A stretch of 64,000 nucleotides of DNA from a virus, in the IMG/VR virus record IMGVR_UViG_3300023276_001265; one strand, given 5' to 3'. A program made the position numbers and the translations under genes. The notes beneath the pieces were generated by a model. The model worked only from the letters and a program-made list of their open reading frames with translations, was not told where the DNA came from and ran no database searches. Within the stretch, counting starts at the first letter, position 1. Every line of letters begins with the position of its first letter. Shown in pieces: positions 55,137 to 64,000 of this stretch.

Positions 55137-57701
55137 CTACAAGAGCGATATATCAGGAGAAGCGCCCATCGTAATCACCTCGAACTCCGAGATTTCGAGA
55201 TCGCCGAACGAGTTGAGTCTGGTGGAGCTAATATCGTCCCCGATGTTGTTTCGCACAACCACTGTGATGTGGGAATAGTCGACCCCCGTGATAGCCTCGA
55301 CTGTCTGGTAGAGGTCTCCAGCCCTAAGAGAGTCGCCAAACTCCCGACCAATCAGGAGACTTTGAACTGCCGTACGAACATTGTCGACGATGCCGATTCG
55401 TATCTCATCACTGGTGATGTTACTAAGGGTTTTGACACCAATGATGGCATCCACCGATAGTAGGTTGACGGAACCATCTGTTACGACCGCCTCCACAGTG
55501 CTTTCAGCGATACCATTCAAAAACGTCGCTAGGTTTCTTGCCAGGCCTTCACTGGCAGGGACGTAGCGCCCGATCGAATCGGCCGCGAGGATCTGCGCGT
55601 TGACCACATTAGCCGAACAGTTTGATGACAGGATAGCTTCGACGTAGTCCGAGAGGCGAGTTGTGAGCGAGGTTGGGACGTTGAGGGCGATCAGGCTAGC
55701 AATAATGCTCTGGGCTTCAGCGTCAGCAATAGCTGACCTAGGCGATGTGGCACGGCCTTTAGATACCGCGCCAAACACAGGATCAACGTAAGAGTTGATC
55801 CAGCCCGTTAGGTCGTCAGCCGTGACCGCCCGTCCAGCTGCTTGGAATACTTGAGGGGCGTTGACCTTGATGCTGTTCAGCGGCTCTGGGTCAGACCCTG
55901 GAGTAGACGGGGACGTGTTTGAGAGCACGGTCGAGATGGTGGTCGTCCCGGCCACAATTGGAGTGGTGAAGTTTCCAATCGTGTCAGAGGCAATCGACCC
56001 AAATACGCCAGATGTTACGAAGAACGTGACGATGATCTCCGCATCTTTAGGTGGAATGTTTCCGGCAATACCATCGCCGAAGATCACGCGCGGAGGGGAC
56101 AGGCCATACTCGATCTCAACCTGATCAGTCTGCTCATACGCTAGTAGAGCGGTCTCCGGCCACAGAATGCCAGCTACTGAGGTAACAGGCGATCCCTGGG
56201 CGATGGTAGAGGTTCCCGGTACAGAGAGTTCGTATATCTGGAACGGCTCTCCAGTGCTACGGAACACAGCCTGAAGCGTTCTCCCCTCCCGCATCTGAAC
56301 GATCTTGATCGGATCATCAATCCCATTGTTGATCGGATCCCATGTGACTGCTGAATTGATCGACACGAAGATGCCGCCATCGGTTGACCCAGCGTAGACG
56401 GTTACCGGGGTCAACGGATCAATAGCAAGGGCCTGATTGTTCGTGGCCGTCAGACCAGAAACAGCTGTGGCCCAGTTTGCGCCGCTATCGACGGTCTTAA
56501 AGACACCAGAGTCACTTGATGCCGCGTAAATGATCGATGGGGTGACCGGGTCGATTTTAATGTCTACTGGGGAGGTTGCGGTGAAACCGGCGTTAGTCTG
56601 GGCCCAGAGTGCACCAGATGTCGTCGTCTTGTAGATCCCCCCGCCTACGGTAGCCAAGTAGATCGTTGCGGGGGTGACTGGGTCGATGGCGATGTCTGTG
56701 ACGTTGGTATCTGCGAGCCCGGTGTTCGATGCGGACCATGACAGGGCAGAGTTGATGGTCTTGAATACTCCCCCGCTGAACATTCCCGCGTAGATAGTAG
56801 CCGGGGTAACAGGATCGATGGCAATGGACTGAATGACAAAATCAATGATTCCTACGTTGACCGACGACCACGTAGTCCCTGAGTTGATTGACTTGTACAG
56901 CCCGCCAGCGTTTGTCCCGGCGTAAAGCGTCGAAGGGGTAACCGGGTCGACTGCAAGCGCGGTTATCTTGATGTTCGACAAGCCGGTGCTGGAGGGTCCC
57001 CACGTTAGTCCGCCATCTGTCGTCTTGAAGACCCCAGAAGTAAGCGTCCCTGCGTAGAGGGTGGTAGGTGAAAGCGGATCAATAACCAACGCCGTTATGT
57101 TGGTGTTGCTCAGACCACTATTGGCAGAACTCCACAGCGTACCGGATGAGAGTGTTTTCAACACTCCGGACGTTGTGGCCGCATAGATCGTCGCTGGTGT
57201 CGCTGGATCGATGACCAGTTCGACCACGTTCATGCCCAGGGGCAGCCCAGCGCCAACTTGACCAGGATCAAACACGAGATCCGCTAGGGTCTCGAAGCCT
57301 AGCCCGTCAGGTCCGGACGCCTTCTGACCCTTCGGAATGGTGAGTTGCACTGGAGGGGCTGTTACGAGCTGGACTCTTACATCAACTACGGCTGGAACTG
57401 ACGAGGTGGTCTTGTAGCCCAACTGACGGGCGATAGTGACGGCCGCAAAACGCAAGCGTGCGTATTGAAGTGTGACGTCATCGCCCTGACGATCTCCATA
57501 CCACGACAGGGTAGAGAGGGCGTTAGCGTTCGCCTCGATGAGCATGACTCCCTGCTCAGATGCGACGATGTTTGATGCTACATCTGCGCCAAATGTGGCG
57601 TTGATCGCATCAATGATCTCCTGACGATGGGTGTCGAAGTCTTTGCCGAAAAATGTGGACCGTGTCAGGAGCCGTGCGGTTGGGCTAAGTTCGATGCTCA
57701 T
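55137..57701 (-). CDS. Baseplate wedge subunit (T4 gp6 / gpJ-like) with an inserted 7-blade beta-propeller
   Basis: KDFD, G.MLIE, IARQLGY, FET, FGDG..G..P, G.DPE....IK..AP, RAVT.DD, plus seven ~44-aa Asp-box repeats inserted. Confidence 0.88.
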   Translation of the reverse strand: MSIELSPTARLLTRSTFFGKDFDTHRQEIIDAINATFGADVASNIVASEQGVMLIEANANALSTLSWYGDRQGDDVTLQYARLRFAAVTIARQLGYKTTSSVPAVVDVRVQLVTAPPVQLTIPKGQKASGPDGLGFETLADLVFDPGQVGAGLPLGMNVVELVIDPATPATIYAATTSGVLKTLSSGTLWSSANSGLSNTNITALVIDPLSPTTLYAGTLTSGVFKTTDGGLTWGPSSTGLSNIKITALAVDPVTPSTLYAGTNAGGLYKSINSGTTWSSVNVGIIDFVIQSIAIDPVTPATIYAGMFSGGVFKTINSALSWSASNTGLADTNVTDIAIDPVTPATIYLATVGGGIYKTTTSGALWAQTNAGFTATSPVDIKIDPVTPSIIYAASSDSGVFKTVDSGANWATAVSGLTATNNQALAIDPLTPVTVYAGSTDGGIFVSINSAVTWDPINNGIDDPIKIVQMREGRTLQAVFRSTGEPFQIYELSVPGTSTIAQGSPVTSVAGILWPETALLAYEQTDQVEIEYGLSPPRVIFGDGIAGNIPPKDAEIIVTFFVTSGVFGSIASDTIGNFTTPIVAGTTTISTVLSNTSPSTPGSDPEPLNSIKVNAPQVFQAAGRAVTADDLTGWINSYVDPVFGAVSKGRATSPRSAIADAEAQSIIASLIALNVPTSLTTRLSDYVEAILSSNCSANVVNAQILAADSIGRYVPASEGLARNLATFLNGIAESTVEAVVTDGSVNLLSVDAIIGVKTLSNITSDEIRIGIVDNVRTAVQSLLIGREFGDSLRAGDLYQTVEAITGVDYSHITVVVRNNIGDDISSTRLNSFGDLEISEFEVITMGASPDISLL

Positions 57702-57707
57702 TGTCCG

Positions 57708-58076
57708 TTACACCACTCGTGGGAGGGCCAAAGTCGTTCTGGCTTCAAGGTTTCCACTAGACCTCCATGTTACATGGAGGGTGATCGTAGTATCGTCCAG
57801 CTCGAACAAAACATCTTGAACAGCGACCCTTGGCTCCCATACTGAAATGGCCCGAAACACCTCAGCACGAGCGCGGAACCCGGTGGCCCTTGAGATCGAA
57901 TCGAACAGAATAATGCGTAGGTAAGACCCGAAGGTCGACCGCATTACGCGTTCTCCTGGAATCGTGCTTAGGATTGTGAATACGGAGTCGTGAAGACACT
58001 TCTCATCCACACACGACTCTGGATAACCACGACTCGTGAACTTGAAGGGGACTGAGATTCCTTTGATTCTGGTCAT
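57708..58076 (-). CDS. Baseplate wedge / sheath initiator, gp25/GPW family
   Basis: GIS.PF, IL.T.PGERVMR..FG..L...LF, I..WEPRV. Confidence 0.92.
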   Translation of the reverse strand: MTRIKGISVPFKFTSRGYPESCVDEKCLHDSVFTILSTIPGERVMRSTFGSYLRIILFDSISRATGFRARAEVFRAISVWEPRVAVQDVLFELDDTTITLHVTWRSSGNLEARTTLALPRVV

Positions 58077-58077
58077 G

Positions 58078-59520
58078 TTAGGTCGACTTCATGATTGATG
58101 CGTATTGGGCCAAGGTAATAGGGGGCAAAGCGTTTCCAACGAATCCAGGGGCAAGCGTGCTGATAGGCCCTGGAGTAGGTATTCCGGTCGGCGAGCCTGA
58201 GTCTCCGAGAGGGTGCTCGTGATTAAGCACAAAGTCTACAAGAAGGTCATTGGCCAGGTTCCTGGCAGTAGCCGGGTTACCGATGGTGACGAGCCCGCCG
58301 AACAACACGATCCCCGTTCCAGGGGGCCCCAGAGACACAGCCGCTGCGGGGACGTTGAAGATCCCCGAGTTAATGATCAGGGAAGGCGTAGTAATGAGCA
58401 TCGATGTGGTCGCAGTAATCGCCACGGTCGCGGCCGTCTGGGCAAACGATCCCAGCGTCTCAGTGACAGCTCCTACGAAGTTGATGATCTTCGCACCGAC
58501 CCCTGTCTCGACTGCAACCCCAGGACCACTAGGAGCAGGTGGCGCAGCCCCAGAGCCCATCGCGATGCCTCCAGCAGCGGACATGGTTAGAGCCCCAGTA
58601 GCAGTCACGTTGATGTTCCCGGTGTTCGAGTCGATAACGACAGACTGAGTGGGCCCAACTCTTGACTGAATTGTGATCAGGCCAGTCTTGTTATCAAGGT
58701 CGATCGTATGCGCTAAGCCTGCTGGACCAGCTGTCTTAACCGTGACCTTGCCAGGTATGTCTTCTATCTTGATCGAGTTGGCATTGATTCCATCTACATC
58801 AGCTCGGAGTCCGGAGATCATGATGTATTTGGATGTGTCGTTAAGAGCGATGCGGTGACCGTAGATCGTGTCGGCGTAAATGCCTTCCTCAACTGTTTCA
58901 TCCCTCACAGTGGGAGCGGCCGTCGTATCAGAGAGCGTGATCTGCTGACTGCGCCGAGCCTCACCCTGCTTAGGACGCCCCTTGTCGTCTTTTCCTAGCT
59001 GCTCGCCGCTCCAGATCGCCACATAGGGCTCCTCTGGGTCATCGCAGAAGATCAGACCATGGCCGAACCCAGTCTTGATTCCACGCTTCAGTGGAATGCC
59101 CTTCCCCTTTTTGGCTTTGAATTCGGTCGGTAGGTGAGATGTGCTAGCCGCCTTCGACGCGTTTGGGTTCGACCAGAAACTTCCGACCTGTCGAGGGGCT
59201 TGACCATCACCGTGATCGAAGGACACGTAGATCGAATCACCGTCTTCTGGAGGGAAGTAGATGCCGTGCTCGACCCCTGCGTAAATGGACATAGGCATGA
59301 GCATTTCCGGGTGAACGTCCGGAGTAAAAACTTTAGCCGCGTCCGTAGTCCCGATTGCTAAGACGCCAATTCTCGCTGAGACACGTCCTTGCTGGCGCCT
59401 GTCATCGTTCGACTCTACAGTGGCTCCGTAGAGCCCGTAGTAGCGCCTCGACGCGAACTCTAGCCCGAGCTCGGTTACGTTTGAGATCCATCTCACTACT
59501 GAGTTAGCTGTAAATTCCAT
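58078..59520 (-). CDS. Central spike protein (gp5/gpV/VgrG OB-fold plus beta-helix)
   Basis: YYGLY.A.V..N.D....GRV, G.YFPPE.GD...V.F..GD...P...G.FW, KT..GH...F.D repeats, C-terminal HEH tip motif. Confidence 0.88.
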   Translation of the reverse strand: MEFTANSVVRWISNVTELGLEFASRRYYGLYGATVESNDDRRQQGRVSARIGVLAIGTTDAAKVFTPDVHPEMLMPMSIYAGVEHGIYFPPEDGDSIYVSFDHGDGQAPRQVGSFWSNPNASKAASTSHLPTEFKAKKGKGIPLKRGIKTGFGHGLIFCDDPEEPYVAIWSGEQLGKDDKGRPKQGEARRSQQITLSDTTAAPTVRDETVEEGIYADTIYGHRIALNDTSKYIMISGLRADVDGINANSIKIEDIPGKVTVKTAGPAGLAHTIDLDNKTGLITIQSRVGPTQSVVIDSNTGNINVTATGALTMSAAGGIAMGSGAAPPAPSGPGVAVETGVGAKIINFVGAVTETLGSFAQTAATVAITATTSMLITTPSLIINSGIFNVPAAAVSLGPPGTGIVLFGGLVTIGNPATARNLANDLLVDFVLNHEHPLGDSGSPTGIPTPGPISTLAPGFVGNALPPITLAQYASIMKST

Positions 59521-59521
59521 A

Positions 59522-61201
59522 CTAATTCCCCAGATTGAGGACTTGGTCCTTTTGAAGGTCTAGTTTCTCTTCCTCAATTGCACTTGCAGTAGCATCCCCT
59601 CCGCCAGCCCCGGTTGTCGGCGAGCGCACGTCTTTCGGCTTTTTCACATCGTGCCCTTTAACCGTGAGTCGCATCAATTCAAGCTGCATGTCATAGCCGC
59701 TATTCCCGATGGTGTGCGTCGCATTCAAGACGTAGTAAGGACCATCAAACAGGACGCTAGTGCCCTCAAGTTGCACAACTACACCAGGCCACATATCAAC
59801 AACACCTGGGGCGGTCACCCCCACCTTGGGGTGGGAAAATGTCTGCGCCTCCTTGACTACGGCCGCAGCTTTCTGATTAGCGTTGTGGCCTTTAGCTGGA
59901 GTGGATAGCACGTTAGGAAGATCCTTATCCTTCTCGTTTGCGGGTGACGGTGTAGTAGGGCCTATCTCTTCGTCCGGCTCGCTTACTCCGCTTCCTTTAT
60001 CGAAAAGAATTCCAGCATCCTCGGGAGAGTTCCCTGTGGTCTTACCGGGCTCACCGCTTCCCGGACCGAGCAGGGGTTTGTCTGAGTCTGCCCCAGTGTC
60101 CTCAACCATTGAGCTTTTGTCGTCACCGTCAGCATCAGGATCGTATTTGTAAGAAACTAACCCTCTACCGGATACTGGTAGGAAAACCCACGGTTGCAGA
60201 TTCCCGTTAATGTTCATGACGGGTATATCGTTCGGCCCCTCAGGGGCTTGACGATAAAGAAACCGATAGGAGTAGGTGTTGTCCTTAGACGAATCGTGCA
60301 AAGAAAAAATGCGGAACGTGTTGCTCGATGATGTGAAGGTCAACGAGTGGTCACGGCACAGTCTTCTAATGAGGGCCCAATCTGTGACCTGCTGCATAAC
60401 CCCGCCTGGAGGGGCTGGGGGCCCCTCTTCTACCGGCCTGTTCGCTCCGGTAAGGAAGGTTGAATCTTCCGGCACTGCCGAGATGTCTAGAAGGGTCTGA
60501 GTTCGGCCTACGATCTCAGCTACGATCTCGCAATCGTTCTTGTACTCTTTGAACAGCCAGTTCCTACGACCTGTGTTCCTAGAACCAACAGAGTAGGTCA
60601 GGTCATGCCCAGAAACGGTGATCGAAATATCCTCCCCAAATTGGGCCTGCGGATAGTTGTTCCGGAACACATAGACATCGCTAAGAATGGTGGCCCCTCC
60701 CCAACCCGCGTAGCCCCATTGAACCTTTACTAGGGTTCCGAAGTTAAGCAGTTTATTGTTCAGCAGCCTGATCCCATCATCGTATGGAGGGGTCAGAACC
60801 AGCGTGAACTTCAACGGGGACCCAGCCTTTGATTCAATCTTCAGATTCGCGGCTATATTCTGGAGCAGTCTGGAATCGAGCGCGAACGAATCATCTCCTG
60901 GAACCAAGGATTCTTGCTCAGAGAAATCTGAACTTCCAAGATTGGAGATGATGCTCCCGAGAGCCGATACATTCGTTGCGCCCGCAAGTGGATCTGCACC
61001 TGGAACGAGTGCAAGCGCGTCGTTTATTTGATCGATGTCGAACTGATCCTGGTTTCTTTGGTTAGCGACTTGCTCCTTGGAGACGTTCTTAAACTGCACT
61101 CGAAAGAATGGCGCAAACAGATCACCGACGTTGCCGGTCTGGGAGGACCCAGATACAGGATCGGCACTATCGTCTGGAAGTTTGGCGCCCGCTTGACTCA
61201 C
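59522..61201 (-). CDS. Baseplate hub protein (gp27 / late control gpD-like)
   Basis: V..QWGY, Q..TDW.LI.RL, G.....PG.VV.L.G....F.G.YYV....H.I...GY motifs. Confidence 0.82.
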   Translation of the reverse strand: MSQAGAKLPDDSADPVSGSSQTGNVGDLFAPFFRVQFKNVSKEQVANQRNQDQFDIDQINDALALVPGADPLAGATNVSALGSIISNLGSSDFSEQESLVPGDDSFALDSRLLQNIAANLKIESKAGSPLKFTLVLTPPYDDGIRLLNNKLLNFGTLVKVQWGYAGWGGATILSDVYVFRNNYPQAQFGEDISITVSGHDLTYSVGSRNTGRRNWLFKEYKNDCEIVAEIVGRTQTLLDISAVPEDSTFLTGANRPVEEGPPAPPGGVMQQVTDWALIRRLCRDHSLTFTSSSNTFRIFSLHDSSKDNTYSYRFLYRQAPEGPNDIPVMNINGNLQPWVFLPVSGRGLVSYKYDPDADGDDKSSMVEDTGADSDKPLLGPGSGEPGKTTGNSPEDAGILFDKGSGVSEPDEEIGPTTPSPANEKDKDLPNVLSTPAKGHNANQKAAAVVKEAQTFSHPKVGVTAPGVVDMWPGVVVQLEGTSVLFDGPYYVLNATHTIGNSGYDMQLELMRLTVKGHDVKKPKDVRSPTTGAGGGDATASAIEEEKLDLQKDQVLNLGN

Positions 61202-61503
61202 TTAACGATCCCCCGTGCCTGCAAGCTCGCCCTAGTCGGGATAAAGATCCTGTGACCAGGTACGAGATCGTTGGGAGCTAGGCGGAGGTCGTTCCGGTGG
61301 AGAATGACCCAGCCCAGTTGTTCATCCAGGAGCTGCTCCGCTGCAATGTTGTCGAGGCGGTCGTGACTGCGGATGAGATAGACAACATCATCGTCACGAG
61401 GCAGGATCTCCGGGGGCCTGGTTGGCGCCCAGAAGATTACCTCGTTCACTCGACGCAGAGTCGACGTGGTAAGTGGTCCAGTTGGGTTTCGTTTAACTCC
61501 CAT
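61198..61503 (-). CDS. LysM-like baseplate protein (gp53 / gpX-like)
   Basis: Y.I...DRLD.IA...L.D..L.WVI...N......L.PG..I.IP. Confidence 0.85.
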   Translation of the reverse strand: MGVKRNPTGPLTTSTLRRVNEVIFWAPTRPPEILPRDDDVVYLIRSHDRLDNIAAEQLLDEQLGWVILHRNDLRLAPNDLVPGHRIFIPTRASLQARGIVK

Positions 61504-64000
61504 TTATTGACCGGCTCCAGTCTTTCCGGCTAGATCATTCTCATCAGCCTTCACTTTGAGACTCTCTTGAGCATTCGCAGCGAGTCCGACCTGGAAATGG
61601 GGCGGAACCTGCCACCACGCGGGAGGTTTGTCCCAGAACGCCCCTTGACCTTGTCCCTGACCGGGGGCAACCGGGCCAAGCCCCGCTGACGCAGCCCCGG
61701 CCGGGGTTGGGACTGCCTTTGCAGTGGCCTTACGCACGTTCTCCTGAACAGCTTGTGACGGGTCAGCCGATCCTGCCGTCTTGTAGGCATCACTAGCCTT
61801 AGCCTCGCCAAGCACCTGTGACCCGACAAGGCCTTCTGTCTCCTTCATGAGAGACATCATCTTGTTTGGATCGTGCATGACCGTGAACTTGTCAATGTTC
61901 TCGCTCATCTGCGACATTGTTGAACCGATGCGATCCGCGAATTCAATCTTGCCCGCCTTGGCGTACTGGCCTTGGTAGTGGGCAAGACGACCCATCAGGG
62001 CCTCGGTACGGCCAATAAATCCGCCGCGCATCTTGTCGGCGATTGCGCCCTGGGCGAGCTTTTCATCGTGTACAGCTTTACGGCGGAGGTGCTTAGATTT
62101 CGCTGTCTGCTCAGCACGGCCTCGTCGCTCTCTTGCATTCTTATCACGCGCCTCAGCCTTGAGCTTGTAAGACGCCTTACCCCTCTTTTCTTCTTCAGCG
62201 AAAATAGTCGCGTAACCGTCCGCAGCCGTCCGAGCTGCCTTTGCCGCTTCTTCGATCCCCTTTGTCTTGATTGTGCTCGCTTTTATCGATGCCTCGGCCT
62301 CTTTGCCCAGAGAGGCGGCTGTGGCATCGGCGACCTTCATTCGCTCTTTGTAGAGAGCGTTCGCCTTTAACAGGTCAGCCTCCTCGCCGTTAGCTGCATA
62401 ACTGGCCTCAGCCATCGCCATTGCTACCTTTGCGTAGCCCTGCAACAGCGGCCCGAATGTATGCTCAATTATCCAGCCGATGGCTGTGGCCATTGAGTAC
62501 TTAATGGTGTTCCACGTCTTTGACGTTTCTACGACCAAGGCTGACCATACCTCTAAGGCATCCGCTTTTACCTCTAACCACGTTGCGGTAATCGGAGCCA
62601 TTGCTACGTCTTTGAACCAATCTGCCCAGTCCTGGAACCAATCTCCGACATCCTGGAACGACGCCTTAACCTCCTCCAGGCTGGACCCAAAGCTCAAGAA
62701 TATCTCCTCGGCAACCCCAGCAGAAAATTCTGACACGACGTCCCAAACCCCTCCCAAGATGTTCATGAAAGAGTTATTGAGATCCGTATCAGAGGCGAAC
62801 CATTCGGTGACGGCTTTCCACGCCTTCTGCCAGTTACTGACTTTGAACAGCTCTTTGATGCCGTCCCAGGCCCACTTTCCCAGTCGACCCAAGACTCGAC
62901 CGATGTTCTTACCCATTTCACGAGCACCGGTCTTCCAGCCCTCAAGTTTCCCCTTCATGTTGGCCCAGATGTTGTCGAGCTTTTCGCCCATCCAAATGCC
63001 GATTCTGGTGAACACCTCTGAGAACGAGGAATTACCGGCTCGAACCATCTCCGCTTGGAGGTGGAGGAACAAACGACGAGTACCATCTGCGAGTGTACCC
63101 CGCATTTTAGGGAAGAAGAACTTCACGATCTTTGTTGGGATGCCCATCAGTAGCCCATCGACGAGGTCAACGATGCCAACAAAGACGCTTTCAACTCCCT
63201 TCAGCATCGCCTCAGCGCCGCCGAGGTTCGGGTCGGCCAGGGCTTTACCAAACCCCTCGATAGCCGTAACAACGGCCGCGATAGCCGTAAGCGGGAACAG
63301 GATCTTCTTGCCGAGAGTCATGGCGATCTTCCCAAGACCGCCGAAGAGACTAGAAACCGGACCGCCTACGATCGGGAGTCTAGTCAGAAGTACCTTCAAA
63401 GATGTGAACGGCAGGACCAGAGCACCGACAGCTGAGGCCAGCGTGGCAGCAGTAGCTCCGAGGATGGCGCCGTACTTAATCAGCTTCTGAATCTGAGCAA
63501 CAACAGGTTTGTTTTCGTCCCGCCAATCAGCGAAGCTGGTTGCAAGGCCCTTGATCCTGAGGTTGAGAGCCTTCGCCCAGTCATGGAGATCCTCGAAAGA
63601 TTTCGAGGCGTCGTCCACTATTGAAAGCCCAATAATGGACTTCCCAAGGTCTAGAAGGTTTTTGAGGGTGTCGAGCGCCGTAGCTCCAACTTTACGGAGT
63701 GCGCCGGACATTTGAGCGAAAGTTGCTTTCCCCTTTCCAAAATTAGACGCCGCCTCCTTCTCGGCCGCACTCGCAGCCTCAAACGACTCTTTAATCTTGC
63801 TCGGGAACTGGAGCATATCCTGTACGGTCTCGGAAGATGACGCCCTTACCTGCTCCATCAAGCGGCCTGCCATCATCTCCCCGGCCGGGCCTGTCGCGAG
63901 CATCGCATCGCGCATCTTCAAAATTTGATCAGCAAATTCGGCTGGATTATCTTGACCCTTAGTTATCAACTCATCGACTTCGCTGAACTGCAGACCAGCT
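61504..64000 (-). CDS. Tape measure protein, 3' part (ORF open beyond the window end)
   Basis: Long Ala-rich helical protein with hydrophobic segments and W/F-periodic repeats directly upstream of the baseplate genes. The frame has no stop from 63969 to the window edge. Confidence 0.8.
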   Translation of the reverse strand, partial: AGLQFSEVDELITKGQDNPAEFADQILKMRDAMLATGPAGEMMAGRLMEQVRASSSETVQDMLQFPSKIKESFEAASAAEKEAASNFGKGKATFAQMSGALRKVGATALDTLKNLLDLGKSIIGLSIVDDASKSFEDLHDWAKALNLRIKGLATSFADWRDENKPVVAQIQKLIKYGAILGATAATLASAVGALVLPFTSLKVLLTRLPIVGGPVSSLFGGLGKIAMTLGKKILFPLTAIAAVVTAIEGFGKALADPNLGGAEAMLKGVESVFVGIVDLVDGLLMGIPTKIVKFFFPKMRGTLADGTRRLFLHLQAEMVRAGNSSFSEVFTRIGIWMGEKLDNIWANMKGKLEGWKTGAREMGKNIGRVLGRLGKWAWDGIKELFKVSNWQKAWKAVTEWFASDTDLNNSFMNILGGVWDVVSEFSAGVAEEIFLSFGSSLEEVKASFQDVGDWFQDWADWFKDVAMAPITATWLEVKADALEVWSALVVETSKTWNTIKYSMATAIGWIIEHTFGPLLQGYAKVAMAMAEASYAANGEEADLLKANALYKERMKVADATAASLGKEAEASIKASTIKTKGIEEAAKAARTAADGYATIFAEEEKRGKASYKLKAEARDKNARERRGRAEQTAKSKHLRRKAVHDEKLAQGAIADKMRGGFIGRTEALMGRLAHYQGQYAKAGKIEFADRIGSTMSQMSENIDKFTVMHDPNKMMSLMKETEGLVGSQVLGEAKASDAYKTAGSADPSQAVQENVRKATAKAVPTPAGAASAGLGPVAPGQGQGQGAFWDKPPAWWQVPPHFQVGLAANAQESLKVKADENDLAGKTGAGQ

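Noticed and set aside
3247-63715. Numerous long antisense or alternate-frame ORFs (e.g. 3247-3885, 15233-15841, 62480-63490)
   Set aside because: Shadow ORFs expected opposite high-GC3 genes. They overlap better-supported CDSs and show no motifs.
1-64000. Bacterial eCIS/tailocin or T6SS locus
   Set aside because: Terminase subunits, RNR, clamp loader, homing endonucleases and a long tape measure gene, with no cellular housekeeping genes, indicate a phage genome.
1-64000. CRISPR array, tRNA, rRNA, integrase or IS element
   Set aside because: No repeat-spacer periodicity, cloverleaf/T-loop signature or recombinase/transposase motif was seen by eye. tRNAscan and CRISPR tools were not run.
1-64000. 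Stop-codon reassignment (TAG is a frequent stop)
   Set aside because: Conserved genes (nrdJ, gp6, parB-like) are full length under the standard code and end at TAG where expected. Coding density is already high.

Overview
The whole window reads as part of a large, probably jumbo-size, tailed dsDNA phage with a contractile tail. It is high-GC, uses the standard genetic code, and shows no integrase, tRNA, rRNA or CRISPR. All calls come from reading motifs by eye; no database search was run. Layout: 1-5.4 kb has a GIY-YIG endonuclease, a capsid-domain-like small protein, a gp19-type tail tube, a lipoprotein, two probable decoration proteins, a holin-like gene and an MmcB-like nuclease. 5.4-24 kb (minus strand) is an ~18 kb modular fibre/spike/decoration array headed by a CIS-tube (gp48/54-like) gene. 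24.4-28.6 kb has class II RNR nrdJ with a LAGLIDADG intein and a DnaX-like clamp loader. 28.6-40 kb (minus strand) is a run of disordered proteins with repeated hydrophobic-x-E motifs (likely protease-processed head-interior proteins), a ParB-like gene and a free-standing LAGLIDADG gene. 40.2-47.7 kb has terminase small and large subunits (TerL with an intein), an NrdR-type zinc ribbon and a degenerate methyltransferase. 48-64 kb (minus strand) is the baseplate module and the 3' part of the tape measure gene. Most notable observations: (1) the homing endonuclease apparently invaded the 3' end of the ParB-like gene, supplied a synonymously recoded replacement end and kept the original end as its own C-terminus; (2) a complete 7-blade beta-propeller is inserted inside the gp6/J baseplate wedge protein; (3) a duplicated two-gene adaptor module and shared anchor domains in the fibre array; (4) a stand-alone major-capsid-domain-like protein; (5) a recurring phage promoter motif.
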